Positions 8,044 to 17,034 of a stretch of DNA of 32,000 nucleotides are shown here, in pieces (position 1 is the first letter of the stretch; each line of letters begins with the position of its first letter). A model generated the notes under the pieces. That model made no database searches, was not told the DNA's origin, and saw only the letters and a program-made list of their open reading frames with translations. Source of the stretch: Candidatus Saccharimonadota bacterium (GTDB taxonomy: Bacteria > Patescibacteriota > Gracilibacteria > UBA4473); NCBI GenBank assembly GCA_965228485.1, contig OZ245819.1, forward strand, positions 1,020,001 to 1,052,000. The letters are read 5' to 3'. The translations under genes were made by a program, and so were the position numbers.

Positions 8044-9696
8044 ATGTCTCAAACGTTAAATTTAAAAGGATTATTACAAAAACAAAATTTAGTGATTTTA
8101 CTCATTACTTTTATTGTAGCTTTCTGCAGTATTGTTTATGAGTTGATCTTTTCGCAGGCGTTGACCGTAATTTTTGGAGGAACGGTAACTCGATATTCTG
8201 TGACCATCGGGTTATATTTATTTTCTCTAGGAATCGGGGCTCTTTTATTTGGTTTGTTGAAACGACGTCGGTTAGTGAGTACTTTTTTGATTTTAGAAAT
8301 TGTTTTATCTTTCTCAGGAATTTTAGGAGTTCTCTTTATGATTTGGCTGAACTCTGCACATATGTCTTGGGGGTATTCAGAGTTTGGGAGATCAATAATC
8401 ATGGTGCTTTCTCATCTTCCTGTCGTATTTGTTGGGATTTTGTCAGGATTAGAAATTCCAATCTTGTCTCAGTTTATGAAAGATCGAGATAATGCTTTTT
8501 CTGAAGTATTGGGGATTGATTATATTGGGAGTTTGGCAGGAACTTTAATCTATTCTTTATGGTTGTATCCACAGCTTGGATTGATTGTGACGGTTATTGT
8601 TGTTGGGGCTTTAAATTTTCTTGTAGCATTACTTTTCTACCTCTTTTATGAATCTAAAAAGACTCGGAAGTTTTGGCATTCTGCGGTAGTGGTTATTGGT
8701 CTTGGTATTTTTAGTGTTTTGTTTACCTATCAAGAATCCATTCATAATCATATGACCAAAATGTTTATGGGGGCTAAAATTGAAGATCGATTTTGGAGCT
8801 TTCATGCCCCATTGAAGTCTGTAGAAATTTTAGAGTTTTTTAATACGCCTTATCAAATGGTGACCTTATTTAAAACTTCTTTTGATAATGCTGATTACAA
8901 TCCAGATGATCTCTGTCTGAATCTTGATACTCATATTCAGATGTGTGATGACTGGTATCTTTCTTATCATCAGGGACTGGTTGATGTACCAATGGCATTA
9001 TTCGGAGATGAAAAACTAGAAGTTTTGCTCATAGGAGGAGGAGACTTTATTGCATTAGATCATCTTAAAAAATACGATGTAAATCTTACACAGGTTGATA
9101 TTGATGCGGAGTTTATGGAATATGCAAAAGTTCATCCTTATTTAACGAGTAAGAATCATCATATATTTGAGACTTTTGAAAACTGGGATCTTATTGTTAC
9201 GGATGCTTTTAGATTCTTGAGAGGTAATGAGAAGAAATTTGATCTTATCTTGGTAGATTTACCAGGTATAGAACATGATCGATTGCTTCATGTTTATTCA
9301 CAGGAGTTCTATCAATTTATGGCACGCTCACTCACTGAAAAAGGCCTAATGGTTTCTTGGATATATCCTGAAACAGATCACACAAAACAGCATCGTACTA
9401 TTTTGTTTGAGACTTTGAGGTCGGCAGGATTTAAATCGTCAGCTCATTATCATGCTTATAAAAATTTTACCTCTCCAGCTGAGTTGTTTTATGTTTTTTC
9501 TCCGAGAGAAAATGAAGACAGGCTTTTAAACTTAGATAAAAATTCTTATTTGAGAGCTTATGGGAAGGCTTATAAAAAATTTGCTTGGGAAGTAATTCCT
9601 TCATCTCTCGTGAGATCTAACAGTATCTTTCGTCCAAATTATAAGATTGTTGTAGAGTTGCCTTACCTGCCTAAACCCGTTAATCAGGAAATCTAA
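8044..9696 (+). CDS. Membrane-fused spermidine synthase-like (polyamine aminopropyltransferase-fold) protein
   Basis: The N-terminal ~240 aa consists of successive hydrophobic helices. The C-terminal part carries the spermidine synthase / class I SAM-fold pattern: LEVLLIGGGDFIALDHLKKY, TQVDIDAEFMEYAK, DLILVDLPG, EFYQFMARSLTEKGLMVSW. ATG 8044 (MSQTLNL) is preferred over the in-frame GTG 8020 of the ORF track. Confidence 0.75.
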   Translation: MSQTLNLKGLLQKQNLVILLITFIVAFCSIVYELIFSQALTVIFGGTVTRYSVTIGLYLFSLGIGALLFGLLKRRRLVSTFLILEIVLSFSGILGVLFMIWLNSAHMSWGYSEFGRSIIMVLSHLPVVFVGILSGLEIPILSQFMKDRDNAFSEVLGIDYIGSLAGTLIYSLWLYPQLGLIVTVIVVGALNFLVALLFYLFYESKKTRKFWHSAVVVIGLGIFSVLFTYQESIHNHMTKMFMGAKIEDRFWSFHAPLKSVEILEFFNTPYQMVTLFKTSFDNADYNPDDLCLNLDTHIQMCDDWYLSYHQGLVDVPMALFGDEKLEVLLIGGGDFIALDHLKKYDVNLTQVDIDAEFMEYAKVHPYLTSKNHHIFETFENWDLIVTDAFRFLRGNEKKFDLILVDLPGIEHDRLLHVYSQEFYQFMARSLTEKGLMVSWIYPETDHTKQHRTILFETLRSAGFKSSAHYHAYKNFTSPAELFYVFSPRENEDRLLNLDKNSYLRAYGKAYKKFAWEVIPSSLVRSNSIFRPNYKIVVELPYLPKPVNQEI

Positions 9697-10151
9697 TGAA
9701 TTATGATTATTTATATTTTTTAACCTTTAATAAAAGGGATAAATCTTTGGAGACATCTCAACAGGTATTTGCAGAGCAACAACATTTTATTAATGGGTCA
9801 GAGTTTTTCTTGTGGGTGGTGGGAGATTCTCATTTTATCGGCTCTCACGAGCTAGAGTTTTATGAGCTCTGCTCTTGTAAGCCGTTGAAAGATGCTGAAG
9901 CTTCCTTGAGAATTGATGAGTTTCCATCAGCTTTATTTGAATCAAAATTTTCTGGAGGGACGGCTAAAACAAAAGTTTGGGTTGAGAAGTTCAGATCAAA
10001 CTTTAAAGCAAAAAATTATGATCTATCTCATGATTTTGGCCCAGATGCTTTTACAGGAATAAAAATTTTTGATGACGGATATGAAAGTCTCCATACCTAT
10101 CCAGAATACGACGCTTTAGTTTTTAGTCGTACGGAATTTGTTTTTGATTAG
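9696..10151 (+). CDS. Hypothetical 151-aa protein, translationally coupled to the SpeE-like gene
   Basis: Its ATG overlaps the upstream TAA by 1 nt (TAATG at 9694-9698). No TM segment or recognisable motif. Its 3' end overlaps the convergent gene by 36 nt. Confidence 0.6.
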   Translation: MNYDYLYFLTFNKRDKSLETSQQVFAEQQHFINGSEFFLWVVGDSHFIGSHELEFYELCSCKPLKDAEASLRIDEFPSALFESKFSGGTAKTKVWVEKFRSNFKAKNYDLSHDFGPDAFTGIKIFDDGYESLHTYPEYDALVFSRTEFVFD

Positions 10152-11159
10152 ATAAGTGTTTTTCCCGATGTAGTAAGCCACTATTAATTGGATAAATACC
10201 GCTGGCCAGAGGAGTGTCATTAGCCAGGATTTTGACTGGAGTAAGAGTGTTAGGTGGAAGCCAAGTGTAATGTTCGCTATGTAGATAAATAAGATTCCTT
10301 GGCTATAGCTTTTAATAATACTGTTTGGTAATAGCTCTTTGTTTTTGAGATAACTTTCGAGCAAGGCAATGAGTATAAGCATAATCCCCACCTGCATATT
10401 TATGGTTGAAAGTGTGGGGTGAAAAAAGCCACTTCCCCATATGTCTTGCAGGTTTGTTTCGTATAAAAAATTTCCGGAAATAAGGCTCATCACAATAGCA
10501 CTTCCCCCAAGTGTGAATAGCCCTTTGGTAAACAGGTGATATTTTTGTTGGTAGAGGTAGGAAATAAAAAAACCAATAATCACAATGCTAATCCAGGGAA
10601 ACAGTGGCCAGAAGTGATCGCCACTCTTATCCCCCCAAAGAATAATGTGTGCATACTCTGGAAGTGAGAACAAGGGGCCAGTTTTGGTGAGTATTATAGA
10701 TAGAAGAGCCACAAAAATTAGACTCCATTGAGATACATATCGAACTAGGAGGCTTATGATTAAACAACAAAGAGCGTAAAATGGTAATACGTCCCAGGTC
10801 CAAATATATCTCCATCCCCAAGCGAGTAAGTTTACTAAAAATCCAAGTAAAAGAATAATTCCAGAACGTAAAAAACACCATTGTAGGAAGTGTTTTTCAG
10901 TAAGCTTCTTTCGGCTATTTAGTGAAAAATACAAAGCCATTCCAGCCGTTAACGGGAGACTCATTACTAGGGCACTAAATAGAGGAAATAAGCCAAAGAG
11001 TATCGGCTGGTAGTAGATATTATCGAGAATAATCATAGATTTATCACTCCCATGGCTATACCACCAAATAAGTGTATGACCAAAAATCATGATGGCAACA
11101 ATCAGCGCCTTAAGCGCATCAAGAACCAACCATCTTTTATTTTTCGTGTTATTACTCAT
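10116..11159 (-). CDS. Multi-pass membrane protein, acyltransferase_3 / DUF1624 (HGSNAT-like) type
   Basis: The N-terminal motif RWLVLDALKALIVAIMIFGHT (R-x3-LD-x-L-[KR]...H) is typical of this transmembrane acyltransferase superfamily. The protein is hydrophobic throughout. Its ATG 11159 overlaps the fadA stop (ATGAGTAA, 8 nt). Confidence 0.55.
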   Translation of the reverse strand: MSNNTKNKRWLVLDALKALIVAIMIFGHTLIWWYSHGSDKSMIILDNIYYQPILFGLFPLFSALVMSLPLTAGMALYFSLNSRKKLTEKHFLQWCFLRSGIILLLGFLVNLLAWGWRYIWTWDVLPFYALCCLIISLLVRYVSQWSLIFVALLSIILTKTGPLFSLPEYAHIILWGDKSGDHFWPLFPWISIVIIGFFISYLYQQKYHLFTKGLFTLGGSAIVMSLISGNFLYETNLQDIWGSGFFHPTLSTINMQVGIMLILIALLESYLKNKELLPNSIIKSYSQGILFIYIANITLGFHLTLLLQSKSWLMTLLWPAVFIQLIVAYYIGKNTYLIKNKFRTTKN

Positions 11160-12336
11160 TCAAATTTTCAATTAGGGCGGCCGCACCCATTCCGCCACCG
11201 ACGCACATACTCACTACTCCATATCGAGCATTTCTTCGTTTTAATTCTTGTATAATTGTTCCTGTGAGCCTTGCTCCGCTGGCACCGAGTGGGTGCCCGA
11301 TAGCTAGAGCCCCTCCGTTAACGTTGAGTTTTTCATCAGGAATATTTAATTCTCGTTGACTAGCGAGTGCTTGAGCGGCAAAGGCTTCATTGATTTCAAA
11401 AATATCAATGTCATCAATGGTTAGTCCATTTTTTTCGAGGAGTTTTGGGATAGCTTTGGCGGGTCCCATCCCCATAATAATTGGTTCTAAGCCTTCGACC
11501 ACATAATCGATAAAGTGTGCCTGTGGCTGCCATCGGTTCTTCTCACACATTTCTAAACTGGTAATAGTAGCGGCGGCGGCTCCGTCACTCATAGGCGAGG
11601 CATTTCCAGGAGTGACACTTCCTTTTAATTTGAAAGCTGGTCTGAGTTTTGCCATTAATTCCAGGGTGGTATCTTCTCTTGGCCCTTCGTCTTTTGATAA
11701 GCTAATTTTTCGAGTTTTTATCTCCTGGGTATTTTCATCAAGATAGGTTTCTTCAAATTCAAGAGGGATAATTTCCTTATCAAATTTTCCTTCTTGTTGT
11801 GCTTTGATTACTTTTTGATGACTTTTTAGAGCAAACATATCCTGATCTTCTCGGGAAATATTGTATCGCTGAGCTACTTCTTCCGCCGTTGTTCCCATGC
11901 TAAAATAAATATCTGGCCGTTCTTCGACAACGGTAGCGTTCAATTCGGGATCGAATCCTGTCATTGGGATGAGGCTCATGGTCTCAAGTCCCCCTGCGAG
12001 TCCAAAATTTATTTGCCCTAAAGAAATTCTTTGAGCACAAATAGCGATGGTTTCAAGTCCACTTGCACAGAATCGATTTAGCGTCATTGCTGGAGTACTA
12101 TAGGGAAGATTCGCCCTCACACTACAGACTCGGGCAATATTCATTCCTTGGTGGCTTTCTGGAAACCCACACCCGAAAATAACCTCATCGATAATATTGG
12201 GATCAATATCTTGGATAAGGCTATCAATAACAGGAGACATAAGTTCATCCGAACGAATATTTTTAAAACTTCCTCGAAGAGCTTTTCCAAAAGGGCTTCG
12301 AGCGGTCTTGATAATAACAGGTGTATTTTTGTTCAT
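11152..12336 (-). CDS. fadA: Acetyl-CoA C-acyltransferase (3-ketoacyl-CoA thiolase)
   Basis: Thiolase hallmarks: NRFCASGLE (acyl-Cys), NEAFAAQ, NVNGGALAIGHPLGASGARL, SMCVGGGMGAA. The start is moved to ATG 12336 (MNKNTPVIIKTARSPFGK), 4 nt after the fadN stop. The ORF-track start 12435 would overlap fadN by 95 nt. Confidence 0.92.
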   Translation of the reverse strand: MNKNTPVIIKTARSPFGKALRGSFKNIRSDELMSPVIDSLIQDIDPNIIDEVIFGCGFPESHQGMNIARVCSVRANLPYSTPAMTLNRFCASGLETIAICAQRISLGQINFGLAGGLETMSLIPMTGFDPELNATVVEERPDIYFSMGTTAEEVAQRYNISREDQDMFALKSHQKVIKAQQEGKFDKEIIPLEFEETYLDENTQEIKTRKISLSKDEGPREDTTLELMAKLRPAFKLKGSVTPGNASPMSDGAAAATITSLEMCEKNRWQPQAHFIDYVVEGLEPIIMGMGPAKAIPKLLEKNGLTIDDIDIFEINEAFAAQALASQRELNIPDEKLNVNGGALAIGHPLGASGARLTGTIIQELKRRNARYGVVSMCVGGGMGAAALIENLNE

Positions 12337-12340
12337 TGTT

Positions 12341-14617
12341 TTAATTGCGAAGAGGTTTCCCGTTTTCAAGCATGTACTTAATTCTCTCACGGGTCTTTTT
12401 ATTTTTAAGGAGCTTAATAAAAGCTGCTCTTTCAAGATCTAGAATGAATTGTTCGCTTACTTTTGTGGGCAGGGTAAATGGGCCACAGAGGATATCGACG
12501 AGTTCTCTGGTGATAATTTCATCGTATTCACTAATATAGCCACCTTTTTTAAACATTTTTACTCCTCCCATAAAGTTAGCTCTCATCTGATCTCCCCACA
12601 GCATAATTTTTGCTGGCTTAGGGGGTTGATAGTCGTTGATACTCAGACTTAAAACCGTGTGTTTTACTCGGAAGAGTAGTTTATCTGGGTGACAAATAAT
12701 CGTATCGTTTGGTTCTAAGTATCCAAGGTCGACAGCGTCATAGGCACTGGATGACACCTTTCCCATTCCCATGCTTTCTCCCAGATGTTGTAAAAATGGC
12801 GAGGGACTTAATTTGGGAACCATAAAAATTTTTGGTTCAATTCGACGAAGCATTTCTTTGCAACCTCCTCCAGCAGGAACAACTCCTACTCCAATCTCAG
12901 GGAGTCCAATATAGCTTTCTGGAGTCGCCACAAGAGCACTACAGTGTCGGGCAATTTCGAACCCTCCTCCAAGCGTAATCCCAAAGACTCCAGCTACAAT
13001 TGGTTTTTTTGAGAAACGAATCGCTTGGTTCAGGTTTTGAAATTCAGCTACAGCCTTATCTACTTTACCCCAGGCCATAAGTTTACTGGCTCCGAGCATT
13101 TCAGAAAGATCAAATCCAGCACTAAAGTGAGGACCTTCATTAACAATAGCCAGACCTTTTACTTCAGGGTTTTGGTTGATCTCATCAATTAATCCATGGA
13201 GATTTTTTACCAGTTTTGTATTAATGGTATTAAATTTAGTGTGGATTGAGACCCCCCATACTCCATCTCCTAAATCTCGAACGGTGTGAGTTTTATCGGA
13301 TTTGAGAACCGTCTTGATGTCGCTAATTTTTGAGAAAGTTTCGATGCTGTTGGAAACTTCTTCTGATTTGTATTCAGTCTTGGCTTTTAATAATTCTGGG
13401 TAGTTTTTGAGATGTTTTTCATCGATATTTTCTAAAATGCCAAAAGGCCCAATCTTCCAGCCATATCCCCATTGTAAACCTTGATCAATTTTTATTGGTT
13501 CATTTCCAATTTCAGGCAGTGTATTTGCGGCATAACTGAGGGTTTCTAATAAATGGGTTTGTAGAAACTGGCTATACTTATCCTTGCCTTCAAAAATTTT
13601 ATTAAATCGATTTTCTAGAGTTTCTTTTGCCAGTGATTGATAGACCTTTGGAGTTTTCTTTGTAGTAGGAATGTATTCTACCGTCTTCCAGTTGAGCATG
13701 TTGATGGTACTTTTTCCATCCTTATCTTTTATTTTTTGATAGTTTCCTGTGAAGTTGGTTTTTTCTCCTAGGTGATTTCTTTCGATCAGCTTAAGGGTAA
13801 AATCTGGAAGTTTAAAAGTTTCCCTTTCTTTATCATGTTCCAGTCGGCTGTGTAGATCATCTACAACTTTTTGTACGGTATCCAGGCCGATGACATCACT
13901 TGTTCGAACTGTGGCACTTTTAGGTCTTCCGAGAAGTTCTCCTGTAGCCATATCAACTTCCTCTACGGTGAGGTCAAATTTTACCATGTTCCATACGGCA
14001 TTAAGCAGAGAAAAAACCCCGATTCTATTCGCTATAAATCCTGGAGTATCGGTCGCAATGAGCGCTCTTTTTCCAAGTTGGTTTTCTGCAAGGTTCTCCA
14101 AGCGATTGATAGTTTTTTCGTTGGTATTTTTATGAGGAATAAGTTCGATAAGTTTCAGATATCGTGGAGGGTTGAAAAAATGAATCCCTAAAAAGTTTGG
14201 CTGAATATCTTTTGGGACGTGTTGGCACAATTCATTAATACTGAGACCCGAAGTATTACTCGCCAGAATACAGTGTGGACTGAGATAATCCCCAATGTTT
14301 TTGAAAAGTTCAGCTTTTAGTGTTGTATTTTCGGCAACACTTTCGACAATTAGATCACATTCCGTGAGCTTAGGAAGATCATCAGATAAATTATAAAATT
14401 TAATATTATCGATTTTGTTTGATGTATAGAGTGCTGGTGGGCGTTGTTTTATGAATTTTTGGAATTTCTTGGCTATAAAGGCATTTGTGTTTTCCTCTTT
14501 TTTTCGGTTAAAAAGACACACTTCAAAATCTTTATTCGCAAAATGGGCAGCAATTCCCATTCCCATAGTTCCCGCTCCAATCACCGCAACCGTATGTATG
14601 TTTTTTTTGTGAGTCAT
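12341..14617 (-). CDS. fadN: Bifunctional 3-hydroxyacyl-CoA dehydrogenase / enoyl-CoA hydratase (dehydrogenase N-terminal, FadN-type order)
   Basis: N-terminal NAD-binding VAVIGAGTMGMGIAAHFA and GFIANRI. C-terminal crotonase fold (GLAIVNEGPHFSAGFDLSEM, GITLGGGFEIARHC). The domain order matches Bacillus FadN rather than E. coli FadB. Confidence 0.88.
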   Translation of the reverse strand: MTHKKNIHTVAVIGAGTMGMGIAAHFANKDFEVCLFNRKKEENTNAFIAKKFQKFIKQRPPALYTSNKIDNIKFYNLSDDLPKLTECDLIVESVAENTTLKAELFKNIGDYLSPHCILASNTSGLSINELCQHVPKDIQPNFLGIHFFNPPRYLKLIELIPHKNTNEKTINRLENLAENQLGKRALIATDTPGFIANRIGVFSLLNAVWNMVKFDLTVEEVDMATGELLGRPKSATVRTSDVIGLDTVQKVVDDLHSRLEHDKERETFKLPDFTLKLIERNHLGEKTNFTGNYQKIKDKDGKSTINMLNWKTVEYIPTTKKTPKVYQSLAKETLENRFNKIFEGKDKYSQFLQTHLLETLSYAANTLPEIGNEPIKIDQGLQWGYGWKIGPFGILENIDEKHLKNYPELLKAKTEYKSEEVSNSIETFSKISDIKTVLKSDKTHTVRDLGDGVWGVSIHTKFNTINTKLVKNLHGLIDEINQNPEVKGLAIVNEGPHFSAGFDLSEMLGASKLMAWGKVDKAVAEFQNLNQAIRFSKKPIVAGVFGITLGGGFEIARHCSALVATPESYIGLPEIGVGVVPAGGGCKEMLRRIEPKIFMVPKLSPSPFLQHLGESMGMGKVSSSAYDAVDLGYLEPNDTIICHPDKLLFRVKHTVLSLSINDYQPPKPAKIMLWGDQMRANFMGGVKMFKKGGYISEYDEIITRELVDILCGPFTLPTKVSEQFILDLERAAFIKLLKNKKTRERIKYMLENGKPLRN

Positions 14618-14703
14618 CGTTTTTTAGCCTTAGTCTATGTTTTTTCTAAACTCCGTAAAAATTTTTTCGTTTTTTGCGTTGTTAGCTATCATGAACAAAA
14701 CAA

Positions 14704-16929
14704 ATGAAAAAGACTTTTTTACTTTTATTAAGCCTATTTATTCCTGCTGGAGGTGTTTTTGCTTCGGGGATTGATTGGGAAAAGTCTATTATGATGGTTG
14801 AGTTTACCGAGGAAAACACTTTTGTTCCTGAGTTTTCTTGTTTTGGGTACACTGATCGACACGATGCTTCTGGGAATCCTGGAGATCCAGGAGGACAGTT
14901 GACGGCGTGCTTGAGTTATGCGGGTCCACAAAATCATTGTGTCTGGGAGTATTTGTCTGAGCTTGGATATGATGATGAAAATAGTGATCCAGATATTACG
15001 GATTGTTTTCAGCAGGCTGGAGATTATAAAGTTTCGATTTACCTAAAAGATTTTGCGGGGAATGTTGAAGGACCAGATATTAATCAATTTGATATTAAGG
15101 CTGGGCCTCCTGATCCAGAAACATCAGAATTTGCGCTAGATGCGACTTGTGATGATTTGAGTATTACGGCGAACGGGGAAGATGTTTGTTCTGCTACGCT
15201 TAAAATTAAAGATGAGTTTGGAAATCCTGTTACTCAATTAAAAGGTGAAACAGGGTATCTTTATTCTGATGGGACTTTTGAAAATGATGCCAACAAAGGA
15301 GACCGAGGGTTTAGAACTGGAATGAGGGTTAAGGATTCAATCGGCTCTACTTATACCGATGTTCCAACTTCAACAGCTCCACGTTTTAACTTTACCATTG
15401 GAAATGATGATGAAGTTACGGCCGCACTAGATTTTATTGCCTGGGCTCCATCAATTCAAAAGCATGGTCCGTATTTAGGAAAAAATATTCCTTTTAACTT
15501 TCCGTTGGTATTGGAGACGCCCACAGTGGATGAAAGCGGCGTGTTGGATACGGGGAGTTTGATCACTTATGAATATGGAGATTACACTCCGGCTATTGGT
15601 TTTGGGCCTTGGGTGAGAACCGCCCTAGATGTTTTGGCTGTTCCGCCTAATTTTTTGCTTGATACCCCTGTGCCGATGGATCTGATTCGGAATATTGTTA
15701 TTCCATTGACTGGCGGACCTAACGATTTGGTTTCTATTTTTGTAATGCATCATAATCTTAATGATGGTCTCTATTTTGATGGGATGGTTTTTGATCCTTC
15801 ATCGATTGATACAACGGCTCAGAATACCCGAGTGGAACCAGAGCTAAAAGCCTCTAATCAAGACGTGGTTACAGCGGGTACGGTTGCCTTTTCGACAGAT
15901 ATTGCTTATGAAGTGGATGTTAATGGGGACCTTACTAATGATACATTAATTCGATATCCAAGTGGAGCTTTGGGCTCTGGGATTGAAGGAGGAGAAGGTG
16001 CTGATGATTATGATGATGAAACGATTGTTACAGGATCGGTAGGGGCTTCTGTTGAAGGTAAGCTTATTGGGGCTAAAGATAAGGGGGTTATGCAAGATTA
16101 CAATGCGGTTCGTTTAGGGGATATTGATTCTGTTGACGACATTCGTGAAGAAGTCTTTGCAAATGCTTATAGGATTACTCGGAGTATTGAGGCTCGTCCA
16201 CAAACTAATGATGAAGTCATTGTTTTTGAATCGAACTGGTTTGCTGATGCAGATGTTGTTTTGGTTGAAAATGCCGATGTGGTTATTGGTTCTAGTAGTG
16301 GAACTTTGGCTTTGCCATCAGGACAAAAGACGCTTGTTATGAAAAATGGGAACTTAATTATTGCTGGAGATTATACTTATAGCAATGCCTTGGATTCATT
16401 TGGCTTTATCTTATTAAATGACGAAATAGAGGTTAAGCCTGCAACAGGAAATATTTTTGTTAAAGAGGATGTAAAACGAATGGCTGGAACTATTTTTGCA
16501 GAAGGAACTATGGCAAGCATTTCTCCACTGCTCTCTCCGATTAATGATGGTGATGTTACCACAGCTGATATCTCTAATCGGCATGAATCAACTAATGATA
16601 TTCAACTGTTATTTGAAGGAACATTGTTAACACACAATACTTTGGGGGGGGCTATTTTGCTGGAGCTTGATACCACCTACTTTACTCCCTGGGGAGATAC
16701 TCCAGCAGCAGAAGAGAGTGACCGTCTTGAAGCGATTAAGTATGATCTTAATTACATGAGATATTATCAGCCTCGGTACTCTGGTGGAGTGCAGACCAAT
16801 ACGGACGATTGTGTTATGACTGCAGGAAGTTGTGATCAAAATGTAAATGCTATGATCATTCGCTATGATGGGAAGGCGGCTACGTTGTCACCTCCAGGGT
16901 TTGAAAATGCTTCATTTTTTGGGCGGTAA
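14704..16929 (+). CDS. Secreted 741-aa protein with an invasin/intimin-type Ig-like (Big_1-like) segment, otherwise unknown
   Basis: Signal peptide MKKTFLLLLSLFIPAGGVFA|SG. The segment ~15112-15280 reads DPETSEFALDATCDDLSITANGEDVCSATLKIKDEFGNPVTQLKG, matching the Big_1 pattern (..AdG.D....v.v.D..GNPV). The rest was not recognised. Confidence 0.7.
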   Translation: MKKTFLLLLSLFIPAGGVFASGIDWEKSIMMVEFTEENTFVPEFSCFGYTDRHDASGNPGDPGGQLTACLSYAGPQNHCVWEYLSELGYDDENSDPDITDCFQQAGDYKVSIYLKDFAGNVEGPDINQFDIKAGPPDPETSEFALDATCDDLSITANGEDVCSATLKIKDEFGNPVTQLKGETGYLYSDGTFENDANKGDRGFRTGMRVKDSIGSTYTDVPTSTAPRFNFTIGNDDEVTAALDFIAWAPSIQKHGPYLGKNIPFNFPLVLETPTVDESGVLDTGSLITYEYGDYTPAIGFGPWVRTALDVLAVPPNFLLDTPVPMDLIRNIVIPLTGGPNDLVSIFVMHHNLNDGLYFDGMVFDPSSIDTTAQNTRVEPELKASNQDVVTAGTVAFSTDIAYEVDVNGDLTNDTLIRYPSGALGSGIEGGEGADDYDDETIVTGSVGASVEGKLIGAKDKGVMQDYNAVRLGDIDSVDDIREEVFANAYRITRSIEARPQTNDEVIVFESNWFADADVVLVENADVVIGSSSGTLALPSGQKTLVMKNGNLIIAGDYTYSNALDSFGFILLNDEIEVKPATGNIFVKEDVKRMAGTIFAEGTMASISPLLSPINDGDVTTADISNRHESTNDIQLLFEGTLLTHNTLGGAILLELDTTYFTPWGDTPAAEESDRLEAIKYDLNYMRYYQPRYSGGVQTNTDDCVMTAGSCDQNVNAMIIRYDGKAATLSPPGFENASFFGR
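16644..16651 (+). repeat. G8 homopolymer inside the secreted-protein gene
   Basis: The sequence is tttGGGGGGGGct, encoding L-G-G-A. This is the longest G/C run I found in the window. Confidence 0.95.
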
Positions 16930-17034
16930 TATTGTTTGACTGTTTGTGGATGTTTTTCTCCTTAATTACCGAAGGATTTTATTTGCGTATTTCCTTTAAA
17001 TATCTACAATTTATGGGATTTTTGACCTACAAAA

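Noticed and set aside
12337-12435. Longer N-terminus for the thiolase (ORF-track start 12435)
   Set aside because: It would overlap fadN by 95 nt and add 33 residues with no thiolase counterpart. The internal ATG 12336 gives the canonical thiolase N-terminus.
16959-16984. Possible terminator after the 741-aa gene (TCCTT/AAGGA followed by TTTTATTT)
   Set aside because: A 5-bp AT-rich stem with an 8-nt loop is too unstable to report as a feature.
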